From an uncultured Bacilli bacterium (lineage in GTDB: Bacteria > Bacillota_I > Bacilli_A > RFN20 > CAG-288): DNA of 58,881 nt. Shown here piece after piece: positions 1 to 9,629 of the stretch (within the stretch, counting starts at the first letter, position 1; the number at the start of each line of letters is the position of its first letter). Location of the stretch: contig CALVKB010000003.1 of the NCBI GenBank assembly GCA_944332485.1, positions 1 to 58,881 of the forward strand, given 5' to 3'. Both the position numbers and the translations under genes were made by a program. The notes below the pieces were generated by a model. That model was not told the origin of the DNA, did not search any database, and was given only the letters and a program-made list of their open reading frames with translations.

Positions 1-257
1 AATTCGTGCTTTTTTGCATGTGTTGTTTTTTCAATTTTTTTAGTGCTTAGTTTTGCATTAAATATGATAAATAACTTTTCTTCACATTAATTGTATATAT
101 ATTATTAAACAATTTATTAAATTTGATAAAAATTGGTTATTTTAATTTTAAACCATTAAATAAATATTAAATCAACAATATATTTTTAGATAATCAAATT
201 TTATTTAAAAGCAAAAATTTAAAAGACATATTTTTATAAATTTATTAAAATTAAAAC

Positions 258-1862
258 ATGGCTTTGGATAATCTTGTCTGCAACACGATATATGCAGATA
301 TTAAAAAGAAATTTGAGAATGGATTTGTATCGGATATTTACAAAATATCGAATACAGATTATTGTTTAAGCATGCACTCAGTTAACTTTGAGAACAAAAG
401 AAGAAATCTTGTGATATCACTTGATTTGAAAAATCCGTTCATTGGTTACACTTTTGAAAACTTGGTTAAAGTTAACGATAATTCACCTTTTTTCATCTTT
501 GTAAAAAAACTTAAAGGTACAAAATTAGTTAAGATTGACAAAGTTGAAAACGAGAGAATCTTTTTATTTATTTTTGAAAAACTTGAATCAACGACCATAG
601 ATTTAGAACAGAATAAAACTTTCAAACTCTACGTTGAACTTTTTCCAAATCATCCTAATCTTGTAGTCTGTGATGACAAAAACAAAGTTCTCAATATATA
701 CAAAGAGAAAGGTGACTTTTTAAGTGACCACTTCCTTACAAAAAATTGTCTTTATGAACTTGATTCCACACGTTTAACTTTAGATCAATGTCACAGTTTA
801 GAGGATGTTTGTAAAGTATTATCGAATAAAACTTACAAATTGTTTTCAAGTATCTGTAAAGATGACACACAAGTTTCGCAGTTAGTTCAGCAAATTGAAA
901 ATTCAAAAGATCTATTTATAATTGACCAAACTATTCAACCATTTCATTTTTTCAATGCTGATGCCAAACTAATTAAAGTTGAAGATATTTACAAGTTCTT
1001 CATCACTGATCAAAAGAAGATTGCTAGTTATTTAAAAGAGGAAGCTTTGAGAAAAGATCTTGAAAAATTTTACAAACAATCAAATAAAAAACTTAAAAAT
1101 TTAGAGGATGATTTGAATAAAGCAAACAATTCATTGATCTACAAAGATTATGGCAATTACATATTGCAAACAATGTATGATTTTGATGAAACACCAGAAA
1201 CTATCATATATAAAAGCAATAAAATTTCCTTAAACCCAACTTTAAGTATGTCTGAAAATGCTGCTATTTATTTTAAAAAATACAAGAAAGCAAAAAATGC
1301 AATTGAAATTTTAAAAACACTCATTGAAAAAACTAAATTGGACATTATTTACTTTGAGAAAAAATTGTTGCAATTTGATAAAGCCAACTTCCAAGACCTT
1401 CAACAAATGAAGGAGGAATTAGCATATCTTGGATATATAAAAGCAACAAAAACCAATAAAAAACAAAAGAAGAACAACAAACAAAAAAAATACTCACCTC
1501 ATATTTTAAACACACAATTTGGTGACATTTATTATGGGATGAATGATTTACAAAATGAAACATTGACTTTTTCAATAGCTAAAAAAGAGGACATCTTTGT
1601 TCATATAAAAGATTACCCTGGTTCACACATAATAATCAGACGTGAAAGTTTTAATAAAAACAAGGATAAAATACTTAAAATAGCAGCTCAATTAGCACTT
1701 TATCTATCAAATGTTGATCAAAGTGAAATCTACTACACCCAAATAACCAAAGTTAAGAAAAACAGCAACAAATTAGGCTTGGTCAATTTGAAAGATTATC
1801 AGACAATTTTTGAGAGGAAAGACCAAAAAATACAAGAATTTTTAATTAAGAACTTAAAATAA
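258..1862 (+). CDS. rqcH: RqcH / NFACT-family ribosome quality-control protein (fibronectin-binding protein A-like)
   Basis: 534-aa ORF. It has a C-terminal NFACT-R/DUF814-type motif DYPGSHIIIR, a central K/E-rich coiled-coil segment, and a size close to Bacillus RqcH. Confidence 0.75.
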   Translation: MALDNLVCNTIYADIKKKFENGFVSDIYKISNTDYCLSMHSVNFENKRRNLVISLDLKNPFIGYTFENLVKVNDNSPFFIFVKKLKGTKLVKIDKVENERIFLFIFEKLESTTIDLEQNKTFKLYVELFPNHPNLVVCDDKNKVLNIYKEKGDFLSDHFLTKNCLYELDSTRLTLDQCHSLEDVCKVLSNKTYKLFSSICKDDTQVSQLVQQIENSKDLFIIDQTIQPFHFFNADAKLIKVEDIYKFFITDQKKIASYLKEEALRKDLEKFYKQSNKKLKNLEDDLNKANNSLIYKDYGNYILQTMYDFDETPETIIYKSNKISLNPTLSMSENAAIYFKKYKKAKNAIEILKTLIEKTKLDIIYFEKKLLQFDKANFQDLQQMKEELAYLGYIKATKTNKKQKKNNKQKKYSPHILNTQFGDIYYGMNDLQNETLTFSIAKKEDIFVHIKDYPGSHIIIRRESFNKNKDKILKIAAQLALYLSNVDQSEIYYTQITKVKKNSNKLGLVNLKDYQTIFERKDQKIQEFLIKNLK

Positions 1863-1910
1863 AACATTAATTTGTAATACAAATTTATTTTATTATATAA
1901 TTTAAACGTT

Positions 1911-1984
1911 GCCTTGTTAGTTAAGTGGTATAACGAGTCCATGGTAAGGATTAATCGCTAGTTCGATTCTGGCACGAGGCACCA
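1911..1984 (+). tRNA. tRNA-Thr (anticodon GGU), CCA encoded
   Basis: Cloverleaf folded by hand. Acceptor GCCTTGT/ACGAGGC has one G-U pair; D stem GTTA/TAAC; anticodon stem AGTCC/GGATT. The anticodon loop ATGGTAA gives U33 and anticodon GGT. T arm is GCTAG-TTCGATT-CTGGC, followed by discriminator A and CCA; total 74 nt. Confidence 0.85.
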
Positions 1985-2075
1985 TTTTTTATTAGTTTGA
2001 TATTATATTTATAAATAATTAAATATTTGATAAAATTTAATAGTATTTATAAAAGTAAATTAATTGGAGGTATAT

Positions 2076-2696
2076 ATGTCATCAACTTCAACAAAAAAAC
2101 CTAAAAAAACTAATACTGCTTTTCGTAGATTTATAACTTGGTTTAAAGATACTGCTTGGATTCAAGTTTTGTTAATTATACTTTTAATTTTCGGTCTTAT
2201 GGCTTTGGTTCCTGTTACTGTTTCAGGTATTAAAAGTTTGATTGATGCAAGTGGTGAATCAACCTTCTACAAAGACCATCGTATAACTTATGATGAGATG
2301 CTTACTAAAGTTAATGAAAATTCCGAAGTTACAATTTTCTTTTATTCCCCAACATGTAGTCACTGTGAGCAAGTTCAAGACAAAATTGAACAATACTACA
2401 CCGAAACTGAAAATGGTAAAAATCGTATAGTTTACACAATTGATATCTCCGATACTGATTATATAACAGAATCTCAACTTCAAATCCTCCACGGTGAATA
2501 TGAGAGAGTTTATGATACAGAAGATCCTTCATTGAAAAACGATGAATATGATGAATTCAAATCCGCTAGTGCAAATTCAATTCCAACTCCTACCATTGTT
2601 TTGTACGTTAATGGCGAACCTAGCAGAATAAGTTTAGGTGTTGATGAATCCAATCCTGTCCGTTACATGGAAGAAGTTTTCTACAAAGATTTATAA
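2076..2696 (+). CDS. membrane-anchored thioredoxin-fold protein (CSHC active site)
   Basis: GGAGG lies 7 nt upstream of ATG 2076; the track start 2064 is a TTG inside the SD. The N-terminus is basic, followed by one TM helix (IQVLLIILLIFGLMALVPV). CxxC motif SPTCSHCEQ is at nt 2355-2366, and a cis-Pro-type loop IPTPTIVLY is present. Confidence 0.6.
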   Translation: MSSTSTKKPKKTNTAFRRFITWFKDTAWIQVLLIILLIFGLMALVPVTVSGIKSLIDASGESTFYKDHRITYDEMLTKVNENSEVTIFFYSPTCSHCEQVQDKIEQYYTETENGKNRIVYTIDISDTDYITESQLQILHGEYERVYDTEDPSLKNDEYDEFKSASANSIPTPTIVLYVNGEPSRISLGVDESNPVRYMEEVFYKDL

Positions 2697-3199
2697 TGAA
2701 GAATAAATTATCGACAAAATTTAAAATGTTGGCTTGTTTGATGCCAACATTTTTATTAACATCATGCTCACGATTTTCTTTTTACGATTCATTGAGTATC
2801 TCATATGAAGAATTAAATGAGAAAAAAACTGAAGAGGAATCCTTCTTTTTGATTTTATATTCAAAAAGTTGTTCAGCCTGTCATTCAACTCAACCTTTGG
2901 TTGAAGAATATTACAAAACTTCTGATGTTCCTTTCTACACACTTGAAATATATTCACTATCTGATGAACAGGCAGTGACTTTAGCTAACGAGATTGAACA
3001 AACATACAAAGAAAATTTTGATAATTATCAATTTGACAGCGTAACACCTGAAAATTACGATGATAGTTTTTTCTATCAAAGTCTTGTAACTCCGACCTTC
3101 ATACTTTATAAAAGTTTCCAAATGGTCGATGTTCGTTTTGGTTTTGATTCAAAAAAATATACTCTCGAAGGTATGTTCGAGAGTATGTTACAATCTTAG
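2696..3199 (+). CDS. lipoprotein with thioredoxin fold (CSAC active site), paralogue of the upstream gene
   Basis: The TAATG stop/start overlap with the upstream gene suggests translational coupling. A lipoprotein signal with lipobox LLTS-C (Cys24) is present. CxxC motif KSCSACHS is at nt 2870-2881, and the cis-Pro-type loop VTPTFILY matches the upstream protein. Confidence 0.6.
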   Translation: MKNKLSTKFKMLACLMPTFLLTSCSRFSFYDSLSISYEELNEKKTEEESFFLILYSKSCSACHSTQPLVEEYYKTSDVPFYTLEIYSLSDEQAVTLANEIEQTYKENFDNYQFDSVTPENYDDSFFYQSLVTPTFILYKSFQMVDVRFGFDSKKYTLEGMFESMLQS

Positions 3200-3672
3200 T
3201 CTTTTTTATTCTTCCAAGTATCTAAAACACATTTAGGTACTAATGTTGAGATATCTTGATTGAATTTATAAAGTTCTTTAACTGTGGAACTTGAAAGAAA
3301 TGAGTATTTTGTGCTTGCCATGAAATAGATAGTATCAATCTCATTATTTATAAAGGTGTTTGTTGCATTCACACTGAATTCATACTCATAATCTGATATA
3401 GCTCTCAATCCTCTAACCAAACACATGCAACCCATCTGTTTAGCTTTTTCAATAACTAAGGAATCTGTCGAGCAAACTTCGATATTTTTATAATCTTTAA
3501 AAGTTTCTTTAACCATTCCAACTCTTTCTTCAAGAGTGAAAGTGTATCTTTTTTGTGAATTATCAGCAACTAAAATAACTACTTTGTCAAACAATTTACT
3601 AGCACGAATGGCAATTTCAACATGCCCATTAGTAATTGGATCGAATGATCCTGGATAACAACATTTTTTCAT
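3196..3672 (-). CDS. coaD: phosphopantetheine adenylyltransferase
   Basis: MKKCCYPGSFDPITNGHVEI carries the nucleotidyltransferase H/T-x-G-H signature. I set the start at ATG 3672, 4 nt after the rsmD stop; the longer track ORF to 3744 overlaps rsmD. Confidence 0.9.
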   Translation of the reverse strand: MKKCCYPGSFDPITNGHVEIAIRASKLFDKVVILVADNSQKRYTFTLEERVGMVKETFKDYKNIEVCSTDSLVIEKAKQMGCMCLVRGLRAISDYEYEFSVNATNTFINNEIDTIYFMASTKYSFLSSSTVKELYKFNQDISTLVPKCVLDTWKNKKD

Positions 3673-3676
3673 AAGA

Positions 3677-4225
3677 CTACTCCAAATAATATTTATAAAT
3701 AAACTTCTTTCCGTATTTATATTTTTTATAAGTGAAATGTTCAACTTCGGTTAACTCATCAAGAGTTTCACAGATTACTATCGCATTAGGATTTAATAAT
3801 TCCATCTCATACAATTCACTTACGATCTTTGTATGAATCTTCATTACATAAGGTGGATCTAAATAAACAATATCAAACTTTATTTTATTAAATTGCAAAT
3901 TTTTCAAGCATGTCGCGTAATCCATCTTCATCAAAACGCATTTTTCATTATCTTCTGAAAATAACTTCATGTTGGACTTTAGAACATCGAAAGTTTTATT
4001 TGTACATTCATTGAAATAAATCTTTTTAGCCCCTCTTGATAATGCTTCAAATCCGATTGCCCCACTCCCAGCGAATAAATCTAAAAATGTGCTGTTATTT
4101 ATCCTATCATTCAATGATGAAAAAACAGCTTCACGTATTTTATCCATTGTCGGGCGAGTTATTTTGTTATCAGGGACATTTAAAACTCGACTTCTGTATT
4201 TACCTGCGATAATTCTAAGCATCAA
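3677..4225 (-). CDS. rsmD: 16S rRNA (guanine966-N2)-methyltransferase
   Basis: SAM-binding motif DLFAGSGAIGFEALSRGA and the DPPY motif are present. It lies upstream of coaD as in Bacillus ylbH-coaD. Confidence 0.85.
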   Translation of the reverse strand: MMLRIIAGKYRSRVLNVPDNKITRPTMDKIREAVFSSLNDRINNSTFLDLFAGSGAIGFEALSRGAKKIYFNECTNKTFDVLKSNMKLFSEDNEKCVLMKMDYATCLKNLQFNKIKFDIVYLDPPYVMKIHTKIVSELYEMELLNPNAIVICETLDELTEVEHFTYKKYKYGKKFIYKYYLE

Positions 4226-4590
4226 ATACCTCTCATCTTTGAAAGAACTTCATCCTGAAGTCTTTTTAACAACGATAATAATCTCTTTCTTTTATATCGA
4301 TAATCGATAACCACAGGTAAGGAGTTCAATTCATTTCTTTTAATATTAATCTGCTCTTCGTAAAGTTTAACTTGATTTTTCAAATTAGCTTGTTTAAAAC
4401 GGTTGAGAATCTCAATTTTCTCGTCAATATCACTTTTAATCATCTTAACTTGGATACTTTTATTAACTTCCTCATCCGCTTTTACATATTCGATGTAATA
4501 AGGATGACAGAGAATATGTTTTCTCAATCTATCAACTGCTTTTTTCAATTCCTCATTGGAATCTTCATCATACAATTCATCAAACTTCAT
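4222..4590 (-). CDS. YlbF/YmcA-like helical protein (weak assignment)
   Basis: 122-aa helical K/E-rich protein with an ATGA overlap with rsmD. Its position matches Bacillus ylbF upstream of ylbH-coaD. The family call rests on size, composition and synteny only. Confidence 0.4.
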   Translation of the reverse strand: MKFDELYDEDSNEELKKAVDRLRKHILCHPYYIEYVKADEEVNKSIQVKMIKSDIDEKIEILNRFKQANLKNQVKLYEEQINIKRNELNSLPVVIDYRYKRKRLLSLLKRLQDEVLSKMRGI

Positions 4591-4785
4591 ATTTTTTATT
4601 ATATAAAAATTAGTAAATTAAAGTTGACTAACAAGTATTTACTTAAATTTAAAGAAACTTATATATTAAACAACACATATAATTTTCACTTAAATTTATC
4701 ATATTTACTAACCAATTCACCTTTTGAAAAATTTTAAAAAAATATGTTAAAATTAATAAGAAATAAATACAAAGGATTTTTTCAA

Positions 4786-5322
4786 ATGATTACAATACAC
4801 TATGATGATGAAAAACTTCTAAGACAAACTTTGAACAGTTGTCCTGTTCCTATTACGGAAACTGACAAACAGCAAGTTTTAGAGATGAACGAATATTTAA
4901 AACTATCTCAAGATGAGGAATATGCCAAAAAACACAAAATAAGAGCCGGAATCGGTTTAGCTGCTAACCAAATAGGTTTGAACAAAAGAATGCTGGCAAT
5001 TTATCTTCATGATGATAAAGAATATTCATATGCTTTGATAAATCCTGTTGTTAAATCACGTTCGATTCAACAAGCATTTATATCATCTGGTGAAGGTTGC
5101 TTATCGGTTAAAAAAGATAAACCTGGATATGTCTATCGTTCATATAAAATAACTGTTGAAGCTTATGATGCTATACAAGACAAAGTTATAACAATAAAAG
5201 CCACTGGATATCTTGCTATTTGCTTACAACATGAACTTGATCATCTCGATGGTATTCTTTACTACGATAGAATTGATAAATATGATCCTTTCAAAAAAAT
5301 TGAAAATGCTATGGAAATATAA
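4786..5322 (+). CDS. def: peptide deformylase
   Basis: All three deformylase motifs are present: GIGLAANQIG, EGCLS and HELDH. Start is set at ATG 4786 (AAAGGA 9 nt upstream); the alternative ATG 4744 has no SD. Confidence 0.9.
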   Translation: MITIHYDDEKLLRQTLNSCPVPITETDKQQVLEMNEYLKLSQDEEYAKKHKIRAGIGLAANQIGLNKRMLAIYLHDDKEYSYALINPVVKSRSIQQAFISSGEGCLSVKKDKPGYVYRSYKITVEAYDAIQDKVITIKATGYLAICLQHELDHLDGILYYDRIDKYDPFKKIENAMEI

Positions 5323-5332
5323 GGAGAATGTA

Positions 5333-7096
5333 ATGCCAAACGAAACAAAAGAAGTTAAAACAACGAAAAAAGAAAAAAATACTCTCAATATACTTTCCAA
5401 GTCTCCTATTAAAATTTACGCCTTAGGTGGTCTTGGTGAAGTTGGTAAAAATATTTACTGCTTTGAAGATGATAAATCAATAATAATTGTCGACTGTGGA
5501 GTGATGTTTCCAGATGACTCATTACTTGGAGTAAATTATGTCATACCTGATTTTACTTATTTAATTCAAAACCAAGAAAAAATCAGAGCGTTGATAATAA
5601 CTCACGGACATGAGGACCATATAGGTGGTATTCCATTTATACTTCAACTTTTGAAAATTCCTGTCATCTACGCACCGAAATTAGCAGTTGCTTTGATTCG
5701 AAACAAGATCAATGACTTTAAATTAAGAGACCCAATTCCATTAATTGAATACAATGAAAATTCGATTTACCATCTTGGTGATTTCACAATAAGATTTTTC
5801 CACGTAACACACTCAATCCCTGATTCATACGGAATTATCATCGATACTCCACAAGGCAGAATCGTTGAAACTGGAGATTTCAAAATTGATTTAACACCAA
5901 TCGATGCAGACTTCAACATAACAAAACTAGTTGAAATCGGTAACGAAGGAATCGATCTGTTGATGGCTGACTCAACAAACGCTGAAAAAGAAGGCTACAC
6001 ACCATCTGAAAAAAGTGTCATATTCTCAATTCTTGACACCTTCCAGCAAGCGTATGGTCGTATTATCATTTCTACCTTCTCATCCAATATCTCACGTATT
6101 GCACAGATAGTTGATGCCACCAGACGTTTCAATAAAAAACTCTGTGTCATCGGTCGTTCGATGGAAGCAAATATCAATTCTGCAAGAGAATTTGGTTACA
6201 TAAAGATAAAAGATTCAGATTTGATCGATGTTGAAAAGATAAATAACTACAAGAAAAATGAGATTGTGATACTCTGCACAGGTTCCCAAGGTGAACCATT
6301 AGCCGCATTATCAAGAATCGCAAATAACGAGCACAAATATATTCATATTGTTCCAGGTGACAGCGTTATCTTTTCTTCATCCCCAATTCCTGGCAATACA
6401 CAAGGTATCAACACCGTTGTAAATAAACTTATCAAAGCTGGTGCCACTGTCTATCAAAATGACCAACAATACAGCCTTCATGCAAGTGGTCACCCGTCAA
6501 AACAAGAACTGAGACTTTTACAAAAACTCGCCCGTCCAAAATACTTCATGCCAGTGCATGGTGAATATAGAATGTTGAAAATTCACGCTGAATTAGCACA
6601 AGAGATGGGTATGCCAAAAGAAAACACTTTCGTTTGCAATAACGGTGATGTTTTAAATTTGTTCAATCACAAAGTAACCCGTTCAATGCATACTATCGGA
6701 ACTGACAGCTTGTATATCGATGGTATGGATGCTGTTTCACTTTCTACAAGTGTTATCAAAGATAGAAACATCATATCAAATGAAGGAATGGTGGCGATTT
6801 ATATCATCCTGGATTCTCAAAATTCCAAACTTTTAAATTATCCAATTGTTAGAACAAATGGATTTATGATGGTTTCCAAATCAAATATCATCTATCGAAT
6901 AAGTGATGCTGTTTATAATGGTTTATCAAAACTATTAGCGAAAGAACGTGTCACATACCAACAGATCAAAGATACAATAAGGCAGGGTGCTTCACGTTTC
7001 ATATATTACGAAACCAAACGTCGTCCGATGATCATCCCAGTTGTCTTAACTAAGAACAAAGATGTTGATCTTAAGGAGATAAAACAAAATGGCTAA
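5333..7096 (+). CDS. rnj: ribonuclease J (metallo-beta-lactamase / beta-CASP)
   Basis: HGHEDHIGG metallo-beta-lactamase motif, beta-CASP region, and a size typical of RNase J. AAGGAG lies just upstream of ATG 5333; the track start 5213 overlaps def. Confidence 0.9.
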   Translation: MPNETKEVKTTKKEKNTLNILSKSPIKIYALGGLGEVGKNIYCFEDDKSIIIVDCGVMFPDDSLLGVNYVIPDFTYLIQNQEKIRALIITHGHEDHIGGIPFILQLLKIPVIYAPKLAVALIRNKINDFKLRDPIPLIEYNENSIYHLGDFTIRFFHVTHSIPDSYGIIIDTPQGRIVETGDFKIDLTPIDADFNITKLVEIGNEGIDLLMADSTNAEKEGYTPSEKSVIFSILDTFQQAYGRIIISTFSSNISRIAQIVDATRRFNKKLCVIGRSMEANINSAREFGYIKIKDSDLIDVEKINNYKKNEIVILCTGSQGEPLAALSRIANNEHKYIHIVPGDSVIFSSSPIPGNTQGINTVVNKLIKAGATVYQNDQQYSLHASGHPSKQELRLLQKLARPKYFMPVHGEYRMLKIHAELAQEMGMPKENTFVCNNGDVLNLFNHKVTRSMHTIGTDSLYIDGMDAVSLSTSVIKDRNIISNEGMVAIYIILDSQNSKLLNYPIVRTNGFMMVSKSNIIYRISDAVYNGLSKLLAKERVTYQQIKDTIRQGASRFIYYETKRRPMIIPVVLTKNKDVDLKEIKQNG

Positions 7097-7664
7097 TCTT
7101 ATCTTAGGTTCCTCATCACCAAGAAGAAGACAACTGATGAATGAGATAACCGATAAATTTGAAATTGTAAATTCCGATTTTGATGAGAATTTGATCAAAT
7201 CAAGGATAAATGATCCAAAATTGTTAGTTCGACTTTTAAGTATCAACAAATCAATTGAAATCTCATTGAAAACAAAAGATAAGTATGTGTTAAGTTGTGA
7301 CACCTTAGTAAGTTTTCAAAACGAGATACTAAACAAACCTTTGACTAAAGATAAAGCCTATGAATACTTGAAAAAATTGAACAACAACACCCATGAAGTT
7401 TTAACTTCATTTGCAATTTCAATAAATGGTGTTGTCATTTATTCTGAGATTGTCACATCGAAGCTTTTCATCTTCAAGATGGATGATGATATGATCAATA
7501 GATACATAGAAACTCTCTCACCTTTGGATAAAGCTGGTGGCTATGGTGTCCAGGATAGTGAGTATATAAAATGTAAGTATGATAGTGAAAATGACTATCA
7601 TAACATTATGGGTTTCCCAATTGACAATATTAAAAACGCTTTGAAATTACTAAATATAATTTAA
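7089..7664 (+). CDS. maf: Maf-like nucleoside triphosphate pyrophosphatase
   Basis: N-terminal ILGSSSPRRRQLM and C-terminal KAGGYGVQD motifs of the Maf family. Confidence 0.85.
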   Translation: MANLILGSSSPRRRQLMNEITDKFEIVNSDFDENLIKSRINDPKLLVRLLSINKSIEISLKTKDKYVLSCDTLVSFQNEILNKPLTKDKAYEYLKKLNNNTHEVLTSFAISINGVVIYSEIVTSKLFIFKMDDDMINRYIETLSPLDKAGGYGVQDSEYIKCKYDSENDYHNIMGFPIDNIKNALKLLNII

Positions 7665-7666
7665 AC

Positions 7667-7732
7667 AAAAAGTTGAGTTTATAAAAAATACCCCTATCTT
7701 TTACTCGAAAGGGGTTATTAACTCAACTTTTT
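7667..7732. terminator. bidirectional composite hairpin terminator between maf and the EIIB-like gene
   Basis: Outer arms AAAAAGTTGAGTT (7667-7679) and AACTCAACTTTTT (7720-7732); inner arms ACCCCT (7690-7695) and AGGGGT (7710-7715). A/T runs are present on both sides. Confidence 0.6.
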
Positions 7733-8116
7733 TTATTTCAACAAATTGTTCAAATTGTTGTAAAATTCCAATGCCATCTCACCGAATGAACAGATGATTC
7801 TATCCGACATGAAGATGACGTCTTTTATTTCAATTTTTTCAAATTCATCCTTTTTAACTAAACTCATATCTTTCACAACAAAGGTCAAACGGCTTCTGTT
7901 ACAAGTGATCTTTTCAACATTTTCCTTGCCACCTAAAATTGTGAAAATATTGTCGTACATATTATTCAAAGTGTTCTCTTTTTTCTGCAAAGCTTCCTTT
8001 TGGGCAGATTTTTTATTTTTAAAATAGAGAACAATAATAACGACAAAAATTAAGACAACAGCTCCGATACCTAAACAAATATAAATAATATCATTAACAC
8101 TTAAAAGAAAATTCAT
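7733..8116 (-). CDS. membrane-anchored protein with PTS EIIB(Glc-family)-like domain
   Basis: One N-terminal TM helix (IYICLGIGAVVLIFVVIIVLYF). This is followed by LGGKENVEKITCNRSRLTF, which resembles the EIIB signature GGKENI...C.TRLR; the Cys72 codon is at 7901-7903. Confidence 0.5.
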   Translation of the reverse strand: MNFLLSVNDIIYICLGIGAVVLIFVVIIVLYFKNKKSAQKEALQKKENTLNNMYDNIFTILGGKENVEKITCNRSRLTFVVKDMSLVKKDEFEKIEIKDVIFMSDRIICSFGEMALEFYNNLNNLLK

Positions 8117-8124
8117 AACTACTC

Positions 8125-8919
8125 CTACAATAATTTCTTAATATTATCAAACATACTAAATTTTTTCTCAACGGATTTAATCAAATAAAACTCATCGACT
8201 TTTTCAATTCTAATTTTGTTTGTAATCTTATCATTGACAATATCATTACCATCGATGCAAAATAAACAATCATCACTGTTATTTTCAATCTCAATTTCCA
8301 AATTGTATTTTGTTATATCCAAAACAAAATTCGGCATTCCATTCCCGTGATAAGTTGATTTCATAACACCTAAAAAACTCACGCTCAAGCAATTTAATTC
8401 ACCAAGTAACAAATTGTTATTGAAAGAATTGTAAATTCCTGAACTTCCAAAAGGGGTGCTAATTATAAAGCCAGAACAATAAACAGTGAAACAAGAATCA
8501 TCTATTTTCACTTTCAATTTAATAAGTTTGCTGCTGGAAAGATGTATATCATTGACAAAAAGATGATTCCCAAGTTTATAAATATAATGCTTTACCAAAT
8601 TTTCACGTTTTATGTATAAATTAACGTTATTTAAAAATGTCTTTAAATTATTCAAAACATCAATATTGTTCAAATTATCGATACTGTGATAGCCTAATTT
8701 TCCACCGTTTATAAAATAATACAAATTCTGTTTTTCATTCAAAGCCTCTTGTTTTATCTTATTTATCAAAGTCCCATCACCACCAACTACTATGTTGATA
8801 TTGAGTTTGTCATCGAAAAAACAGGAGGAAGAATCTAATAATTTATTGATAGTTTCGAACAAATTTTTGTCATTCAAATAGGAAAAATACGTCAATGCAT
8901 GACTATCGATTTTCTTCAT
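8125..8919 (-). CDS. nadK: NAD kinase
   Basis: GGDGTL motif (IVVGGDGTLIN) and 264 aa, typical of the NadK/PpnK family. Confidence 0.85.
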   Translation of the reverse strand: MKKIDSHALTYFSYLNDKNLFETINKLLDSSSCFFDDKLNINIVVGGDGTLINKIKQEALNEKQNLYYFINGGKLGYHSIDNLNNIDVLNNLKTFLNNVNLYIKRENLVKHYIYKLGNHLFVNDIHLSSSKLIKLKVKIDDSCFTVYCSGFIISTPFGSSGIYNSFNNNLLLGELNCLSVSFLGVMKSTYHGNGMPNFVLDITKYNLEIEIENNSDDCLFCIDGNDIVNDKITNKIRIEKVDEFYLIKSVEKKFSMFDNIKKLL

Positions 8920-8986
8920 TTAATTTAATCCTTTACAATGAATTATTATATAATTAAAGACGTAATAATTCATCAGGAGATAAAAA

Positions 8987-9568
8987 ATGTCAAATAATAA
9001 TATTGAAATTGAAGCTAAAGTCTTATTATCCGAAGAGGACTATGAAAAACTTAAGAAAAATTTCCGTTACGGTAAGAAAATAATACAAACTAACTACTAC
9101 ATCGATACTCCAAAAAGAGATCTCAAACTCAACAATATCGCTTTGAGAATTCGTCATCTCAACAACGAATTCACCCTCACCATGAAAACACCGATGTCAG
9201 AAGGTTTACTTGAAAAAAACGAAACTCTCGATGGTTCTGTTGCACTTTTGATGATCGATGATAACAAGTTTCCAAAAGGTGATATCCATGACTTTTTGGA
9301 ATTGTTGGATATCGATATTTCAAAACTCAAAGTTTTAACAAAACTTATAACTGAGAGAATTGAGATTCAATATGAGTCAGGTATTGTCTCACTGGATAAG
9401 AACACTTACAACAATATAGTTGACTACGAACTCGAAGTTGAAGATTCCTCCATGTCCTTAGCCAAACAGCTCACTGAGGAGATTCTTAACCCACTTAATA
9501 TCAAATTCCAATTCAACACAATAAGTAAACAATCCCGTGCAATGTCAAGCTTAAGTAGCAAAAAATAA
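8987..9568 (+). CDS. CYTH-domain protein (YjbK-like triphosphatase family)
   Basis: N-terminal EIEAKVLL (CYTH ExExK motif) and ~190 aa. It is divergent from nadK, as yjbK and ppnK are neighbours in Bacillus. Confidence 0.7.
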   Translation: MSNNNIEIEAKVLLSEEDYEKLKKNFRYGKKIIQTNYYIDTPKRDLKLNNIALRIRHLNNEFTLTMKTPMSEGLLEKNETLDGSVALLMIDDNKFPKGDIHDFLELLDIDISKLKVLTKLITERIEIQYESGIVSLDKNTYNNIVDYELEVEDSSMSLAKQLTEEILNPLNIKFQFNTISKQSRAMSSLSSKK

Positions 9569-9593
9569 GAAAGATAAAATTAAATAAATATAT

Positions 9594-9629
9594 AAAAAAA
9601 TCCATGTCCTTTCGGACATGGACTTTTTT
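9594..9629. terminator. bidirectional rho-independent terminator
   Basis: 9-bp stem TCCATGTCC / GGACATGGA (9601-9609 / 9614-9622) with loop TTTC. It is flanked by an A7 run upstream and a T6 run downstream, and sits between two convergent genes. Confidence 0.75.

Noticed and set aside
3196-3199. Convergent genes (thioredoxin-like lipoprotein and coaD) with overlapping stop codons and no terminator between them.
   Set aside because: This is ordinary compaction in a small AT-rich genome. Nothing beyond the overlap itself suggests antisense regulation.
5213-5332. Long N-terminal extensions suggested by the ORF track: rnj from 5213, coaD to 3744, rimM from 45768, the ALDH-like gene to 43118, oppC to 18931, and the ABC-like gene from 57981.
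   Set aside because: In each case an internal ATG preceded by a good SD matches the conserved N-terminus of the family. The extension overlaps the neighbouring gene or encodes implausible hydrophobic or AT-driven sequence.
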